From NCBI GenBank assembly GCA_903952785.1, contig CAJBHC010000076.1:1-37357 (forward strand): 37,357 bases of DNA. Direction: 5' to 3'. The stretch comes from an uncultured bacterium (lineage in GTDB: Bacteria; Patescibacteriota; Minisyncoccia; Phycocordibacterales; CAIZLB01). Positions 32,563 to 37,357 of the stretch are shown piece after piece. The translations under genes were made by a program, and so were the position numbers. Below the pieces are notes generated by a model. That model was not told where the DNA came from, made no database searches, and saw nothing but the letters and a program-made list of their open reading frames with translations. Each line of letters begins with the position of its first letter. Position 1 is the first letter of the stretch.

Positions 32563-32802
32563 TTATCTTTTTTTCTTTGAAACAGGTAATTTACCTAGCT
32601 TTGCTAGCTTCTCCATTTCTGTACGGCGGCGAAGTCTCTCAAGAGTTGACTTCTTAACCTTGTAAGGTGAAAGAGTTCTATCAGAATATCTAATAGCTCT
32701 AACCTTGTTTAAAACACCAGACTCTTGCACGCGCTTTGTAAAGCGACGTAGAACTGATGATCCACTTTCATTTGCGTGTTTATCTACTGAAACATTTGTC
32801 AT
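32563..32802 (-). CDS. rpsU: 30S ribosomal protein S21
   Basis: Basic 79-aa protein: VLRRFTKRVQESGVLNKVRAIRYSDRTLSPYKVKKSTLERLRRR. Confidence 0.8.
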   Translation of the reverse strand: MTNVSVDKHANESGSSVLRRFTKRVQESGVLNKVRAIRYSDRTLSPYKVKKSTLERLRRRTEMEKLAKLGKLPVSKKKR

Positions 32803-32831
32803 ATGAGCATTAATTTAACACAATGGAGGAA

Positions 32832-34208
32832 TTATAGCAACTTTTGCAGATATTCAATTAAGTCTTGAACTTTAATGGTTTCTTGGACTCTAGTGTTCAT
32901 ATGTCTCACCGTCACAGAGTTCTCAATAGCCTCCTTTTGTCCCAGTATTAGAATGTAGGGGACAGCCAGTTTCTCAGCTGCTGCAATCTGGCTCGTAATC
33001 TTATCTCTTGAAAGAGCTTGGTGAACCGGAATTTTGGCAACCCTAAGCATCTCCATAATTGAGAGCGATTTTAGCTTTGCATCATACCCAAGGTGGATAA
33101 AATAGAATTTTATATCCTCAACTGCGATAGTCTTGGGAACTTTTCTTGCTAGATCAGCTTCAATCATAAGGTGGGCACCAATTGCTGGTACATCCTTCTT
33201 GCCCCACGCCTTTTTTGACACTGAGTTGTATCTCTCTCCAATTGCAAGTATCTCCTTTTTGTCTTGTCTGCCTTTGATTGTAAAAGCCGTGATTTGGAAA
33301 ACAGTTCCACCAGCGTAAAGCCCGCTACCAATTAGGCTGTGATTAATTATATATGGTAGGTTTAATGATTCAATGTACTCAAGAACCTCTCTAAAATGTT
33401 CCCTATATTCTTCAGTTAAATAACTTATTGGCTTTGGTGCAGCGTCTTGGATTGCAAGACATTCGTCGTGGTCACACGAAACGGTGCTCATTAGATCTTT
33501 CTTGAAGGCATGTTTACAAGGGGTTGCGAGCTCGCCAAGATTTTTCTTAAAATATAAACTGTATTCTTTTGCAAATTTTGTAAAACAATCTTTATCCCCT
33601 AAAGAGTTGATTTCAATTAGAAGCTCACCCTTATCGACATGATCTTTTAAAATTACATATGAAGTTTCAATAATCATCGCATCAGCAATACTCTTTGCGT
33701 TACCAAGAATATGCATTGAAAAGATATGATCTTTATTCTTTTCTTTATTTTTATCGAAGTGGCTATTACCATAAAGGGGACCACTGTGACAGATCATTGG
33801 GGGCTGAACCAAATCTGACATCTCTTTATTAACATACGCTCTGGTAACGGAGACATATTCTTCAAGAAAATTCTCAAATCTTAAAGAGCCGATTATTTCA
33901 TCTTTGTTTACTCTTTTTGCGCCCACTTTAAAGCCTTTTGCCTTAACGATGTCTTCCTTTTGAACACTAAGGCCTGCAAAAGGTACAAAACCATAGTGAC
34001 GAGCTGAGGCTTCTGCAATCTTATGAACCTTGTCTATTGGGTCCGGCTTCTCCTCGACAATGGGTTTTGCCTTCTTGCTAAAGGTGTGGCTTTTAATATG
34101 TTGTGTTTCTAATTTAGCCTTATTTATAGCCTTAGTTTTTTCTTTTTTTGGTAAATTACTGTGAACACTTGTTTTTGACATATGTTTGTTTTTGTTGTTT
34201 TTAGGCAT
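32832..34208 (-). CDS. histidyl-tRNA synthetase-like class II aaRS paralogue with Lys-rich N-terminal extension and degenerate catalytic motifs
   Basis: C-terminal HGTP anticodon-binding domain (VPYILILGQKEAIENSVTVRHMNTR). The motif-3 region IGERYNSV...PAIGAHLMIE corresponds to GGGRYD...PAVGFA, and the motif-2 region GPLYGNSHFD corresponds to GPMFRYERPQ. Confidence 0.6.
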   Translation of the reverse strand: MPKNNKNKHMSKTSVHSNLPKKEKTKAINKAKLETQHIKSHTFSKKAKPIVEEKPDPIDKVHKIAEASARHYGFVPFAGLSVQKEDIVKAKGFKVGAKRVNKDEIIGSLRFENFLEEYVSVTRAYVNKEMSDLVQPPMICHSGPLYGNSHFDKNKEKNKDHIFSMHILGNAKSIADAMIIETSYVILKDHVDKGELLIEINSLGDKDCFTKFAKEYSLYFKKNLGELATPCKHAFKKDLMSTVSCDHDECLAIQDAAPKPISYLTEEYREHFREVLEYIESLNLPYIINHSLIGSGLYAGGTVFQITAFTIKGRQDKKEILAIGERYNSVSKKAWGKKDVPAIGAHLMIEADLARKVPKTIAVEDIKFYFIHLGYDAKLKSLSIMEMLRVAKIPVHQALSRDKITSQIAAAEKLAVPYILILGQKEAIENSVTVRHMNTRVQETIKVQDLIEYLQKLL

Positions 34209-34221
34209 CTTTCCCTATACC

Positions 34222-34860
34222 TTACTGCTTTTTGCTAAATTCCTCAAGTCCTCCAGGAAAAAGACCTAATTTTGGAAATGGATACAATCTAAGGAGCGCC
34301 CTTCCTGTAATGTCTTCCCTTGGGAGCGCCCCCCAGCTTCTTGAGTCAAAACTAACCTCTCTATTGTCTCCCATGACAAAATATTCCGTATCCCCAAGAG
34401 TCTTGTCTGTCACCTTATCGCTATTAAACTTTACATAAGGCTCATCTAGAAGAATTCCTTCAGGATTCTCTGTGTTGTATATGTAAGTTTGTTTTGCTGC
34501 AACAACAATACGTTCCCCAGGAAGACCCACAATTCTCTTAATAAAATATTTGCTAGTTTCAAATGGAGGACGAAGTACTACAACGTCACCCCGCTTTGGA
34601 GATTGAAGTTTGTAAGTAAGTTCATCGACAATTAAATAATCATTTGTTGAAAAGCTGGGATCCATGGAAGCTCCATCAACCAAAAAAGGTTCAGCGACAA
34701 AAAATCTAATTCCTAGAAAAATTAGAAGTGTTATAACGGTGAATCTCCAAAAGCCCTCATCCTTCTTTTTTGTTTTCTTCGAACTTTTATTCGTAGCTTC
34801 TATTTCAACACCCTCGTCATCTTGTGTCTCATTTTCAACTTCATTTTTGTGCAAATTCAT
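34222..34860 (-). CDS. lepB: signal peptidase I
   Basis: GASMDPSF (Ser box), RGDVVV, IKRIVGLPGE (Lys box), GDNREVSFDSRSWG. The start is set at ATG 34860, because the longer ORF to 34983 would overlap the divergent pth start. Confidence 0.85.
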   Translation of the reverse strand: MNLHKNEVENETQDDEGVEIEATNKSSKKTKKKDEGFWRFTVITLLIFLGIRFFVAEPFLVDGASMDPSFSTNDYLIVDELTYKLQSPKRGDVVVLRPPFETSKYFIKRIVGLPGERIVVAAKQTYIYNTENPEGILLDEPYVKFNSDKVTDKTLGDTEYFVMGDNREVSFDSRSWGALPREDITGRALLRLYPFPKLGLFPGGLEEFSKKQ

Positions 34861-34909
34861 AATATGTGTGAGATTATACCATAATGTTATTAAATGATAT
34901 AATAATTTT

Positions 34910-35527
34910 ATGTATATAATTGTAGGATTAGGAAATCCAGGGGAAGAATATGAATCGACAAGACATAACGTTGGCAGGTTCATAGCCTCTGCATTTGCAA
35001 AGCAGTATGAATTACCAGATTTTTCTTATGACAAGAAGTTTTTGGGATTGGTATCTAAGGGGGAAATTACGGCGGGGAAAGGGAAGAGTAAGGTGGAGGA
35101 AAAGGTCATTGTGATTTTACCCGAGACATTTATGAATAAAAGCGGAAAGTCTTTGGCTGATTTAATTACGAGTGAAAAGAAAGCAGAACATCTGATTGTA
35201 ATTCAAGATGATTTGGATTTACCATTTGGAACAGTTAAAATGGTTTTCAACAGAGGGATGGGAGGACATAAGGGGTTGGAATCAATTAAGAGAGCTATTA
35301 AGACGGAAGCTTTTATCAGAGTAAAGGTTGGTGTTTCTCCAACAACTCCAACCGGAAAAATTAAAAAACCAAAAGGGGAGGATAAGGTGGTGAAGTTTAT
35401 TCTAGGAAAGTTTAAGGACGATGAAATGAAGGAGTTAAAAAAGATTGCAAAGAGGGTGGTTGAAGGATTGTATGTGACTATAACTGAGGATAGATTTAAA
35501 GCGATGAATAGTTTAAATACGAATTAA
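34910..35527 (+). CDS. pth: peptidyl-tRNA hydrolase
   Basis: MYIIVGLGNPGEEYESTRHNVG, MNKSG and DDLDLPFG motifs. Confidence 0.9.
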   Translation: MYIIVGLGNPGEEYESTRHNVGRFIASAFAKQYELPDFSYDKKFLGLVSKGEITAGKGKSKVEEKVIVILPETFMNKSGKSLADLITSEKKAEHLIVIQDDLDLPFGTVKMVFNRGMGGHKGLESIKRAIKTEAFIRVKVGVSPTTPTGKIKKPKGEDKVVKFILGKFKDDEMKELKKIAKRVVEGLYVTITEDRFKAMNSLNTN

Positions 35528-35531
35528 TAAA

Positions 35532-37286
35532 ATGAGAAAAGGATATCCAGCACTAGAGCATTATGGAAAGCCGGCGGATGCTATTGAGGAGGTGGATTCA
35601 ACTGTGTCATCAAAAAGCGGCGGGACGGCGGAGGGTGTTGATGAAGATTCTGCTTTTAAAGCTCGGGATGGTGAGAGCGAGAAGGCTGAATCTGGTGACG
35701 ATGATGTAGGGGGTGCTGGGAATGAAGAAAACGATGAAGACAGTGGTGATTATTTTGATGATACACCAGCTTCTATTAAAACCAGAGATTACTCTAAAGA
35801 GGCCTCTGAACTTTGTGAATCTTTTGAAAAAAAGATTGATTTTGTGACGGATTTATGGAGGCAGATTGAGAGCCCTGAGGTGGCGGATTTGCCGTTGGCG
35901 GAGTTTAGGTATCGAGCTACCCAAATGCTAACTGATTTAGAGAGGGTGGTTTCTAATTCACATAATCTGCGAGCGGAATGTGAAAAAAAGATTAAAGAAA
36001 TTAGGGAGGTTACTGTCGCTATTGAATCTGAAAATATTAAGAAAAAAAGAGGCGAAGCTATTCCAGAGGGACTTATTGATATTCTTAAATCTAAACAAGT
36101 AAAACTAAGAGAAGGTCTTAGGGGTAGACTAAACAACCCTGATTTTGAATTCGTGCATCATTTTTTAGTCATCATTTCTGGAATTTATTTGAAAAAAACT
36201 AAAATAGAGCCGTTGAGAGAACTTCCAATTCAGCAAGACAAGGCTCAGGCAGGTCTGGAGTTTTGTAGGCGCTTAGAGTCTTTTGGTTTTGAATCTGAGT
36301 ATGGTTATGATTCAAGATGTCCAACTGCAGTCAATGAAAATATTAAAAGATTACTAGATTTTTTGAAGGCAAAAGTTGCTGCGGGGGAGAATATATTTAA
36401 TTTTATAAAGATAGATCCATACGATATTGTTTTTAATCTAGATCGGGAAGATTTTGATAAAATTTATATTAGTAAAAACTTTCAAAAAAAAGATGGTAAA
36501 CAAGGTCAAGAAAATAAAGACTTAAAAGTACTTGGTGTTAATTTTCCCAACACTCCAATAATTCTTTTGGCTAAAGGGGATAAAGACATTTCAGAAGAGC
36601 ATTTAAGAGGTACGGAAATACATGAAAAAGGACATAATTTAATTGGAATAACAGAGGAGGTTGAAGGGTTTGATATTCACAATGTTGTGTACCAAAAATC
36701 TTTTGTGAATGGCCTACGTAATAAAGATGGAGAATTTAAGAAACTTTATGAAGAAGGTAAAAGTAAGGATGCCGAGGATGTAGTAAGAAAATATATGAGA
36801 AAGGCAATCAATAAGCTGAACGGAGAGATTTCTGCTGATGCTAAAAATATCGTACTCGGCTATCCTGAGACAATCGCTTTTTATGTTAGAGAATTAATTT
36901 TTGGGTTAGACCAGTACGTTGCTGAGTATAGTAAGGTGGTACTACCCGAAGCGGAAAATAAAATAAAAAATTTATTTCTAGACATTGTTCAAGAGGAGAC
37001 AAGATCTATGATAGCTAAGGGAACAGATTTGTTTGTTAAAATGACCACTTATGCTTACGTTGCAAGAAAGTATGGGTTGGAAGATGAATTTTGTTCAGCA
37101 CTTGTTCTAATGCCAGATTCTGAAAAATATTTAAGCAGAATTTTAAGTATCAAATTAGGTGATAAGTTTGATTTTGTATTAGCAAATAGGGAAATTAATC
37201 CAGCCAAACTTTTTGCTGGTGCGCCGTGGTGGCTCAAGAATGGTTTTTCTAAATATTTTGGTCCAAATAGTGTTGCAGTGGGGTAG
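35532..37286 (+). CDS. hypothetical protein with acidic disordered N-terminus and a single HExxH motif
   Basis: 584-aa ORF starting 4 nt after pth. HEKGH lies within RGTEIHEKGHNLIG. No other family signature recognised. Confidence 0.55.
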   Translation: MRKGYPALEHYGKPADAIEEVDSTVSSKSGGTAEGVDEDSAFKARDGESEKAESGDDDVGGAGNEENDEDSGDYFDDTPASIKTRDYSKEASELCESFEKKIDFVTDLWRQIESPEVADLPLAEFRYRATQMLTDLERVVSNSHNLRAECEKKIKEIREVTVAIESENIKKKRGEAIPEGLIDILKSKQVKLREGLRGRLNNPDFEFVHHFLVIISGIYLKKTKIEPLRELPIQQDKAQAGLEFCRRLESFGFESEYGYDSRCPTAVNENIKRLLDFLKAKVAAGENIFNFIKIDPYDIVFNLDREDFDKIYISKNFQKKDGKQGQENKDLKVLGVNFPNTPIILLAKGDKDISEEHLRGTEIHEKGHNLIGITEEVEGFDIHNVVYQKSFVNGLRNKDGEFKKLYEEGKSKDAEDVVRKYMRKAINKLNGEISADAKNIVLGYPETIAFYVRELIFGLDQYVAEYSKVVLPEAENKIKNLFLDIVQEETRSMIAKGTDLFVKMTTYAYVARKYGLEDEFCSALVLMPDSEKYLSRILSIKLGDKFDFVLANREINPAKLFAGAPWWLKNGFSKYFGPNSVAVG

Positions 37287-37357
37287 GTGGTAGAGAAAAT
37301 ATTGCATGAACTTGACGGTAAACACTGATCATATATAATTGTATTAATCCTTAGAAA

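Noticed and set aside
34861-34983. N-terminal 41-aa extension of the lepB ORF.
   Set aside because: The extension would overlap the divergent pth start and promoter region and lacks signal-peptidase features. The ATG at 34860 gives a normal N-terminus followed by the TM anchor.

Overview
This is an AT-rich, densely packed bacterial window. By eye it is about 30-35% G+C outside a few islands, and most genes have no visible Shine-Dalgarno sequence. Several housekeeping proteins carry insertions or extensions, which fits a reduced-genome Patescibacteria/CPR-like organism; this is inference only. The recognisable backbone includes valS, tsaD, hsp20, a PrsW-like protease, trxB, ftsA and ftsZ. It also includes ybeY, rpsU, a divergent HisRS-like gene, lepB, pth, a Fur-family regulator and four tRNAs (Phe-GAA, Glu-UUC, Ser-CGA, Val-GAC). 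I found no rRNA, CRISPR array, transposase, integrase or known defence gene. Six things stand out. (1) tRNA-Ser and tRNA-Val are each followed by a ~130-145 nt element. Its outer stems reuse the acceptor and T-stem sequences of the adjacent tRNA, and the two copies share one multi-hairpin architecture despite unrelated primary sequence. (2) Four G+C-rich single- or two-gene cassettes with their own consensus promoters and hairpin terminators sit between housekeeping genes. One splits ftsA from ftsZ and one encodes a PEP-CTERM protein. (3) Two of these cassette genes share a ~215 nt paralogous promoter plus long leader. (4) A surface protein locus of about 2,750 codons contains three 7-bladed Asp-box propellers, beta-helix repeats and a repeated Cys-pair module. 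It is split by a frameshift exactly on an A AAA AAA heptamer inside propeller 2. (5) A Fur-family regulator is divergently paired with a Cys-rich miniprotein and a CooC-like ATPase, with inverted 7-1-7 operator-like motifs between them. (6) There are smaller anomalies: a GNAT gene with an in-frame TAA, a frameshifted small DMT gene, and degenerate HisRS-like motifs.
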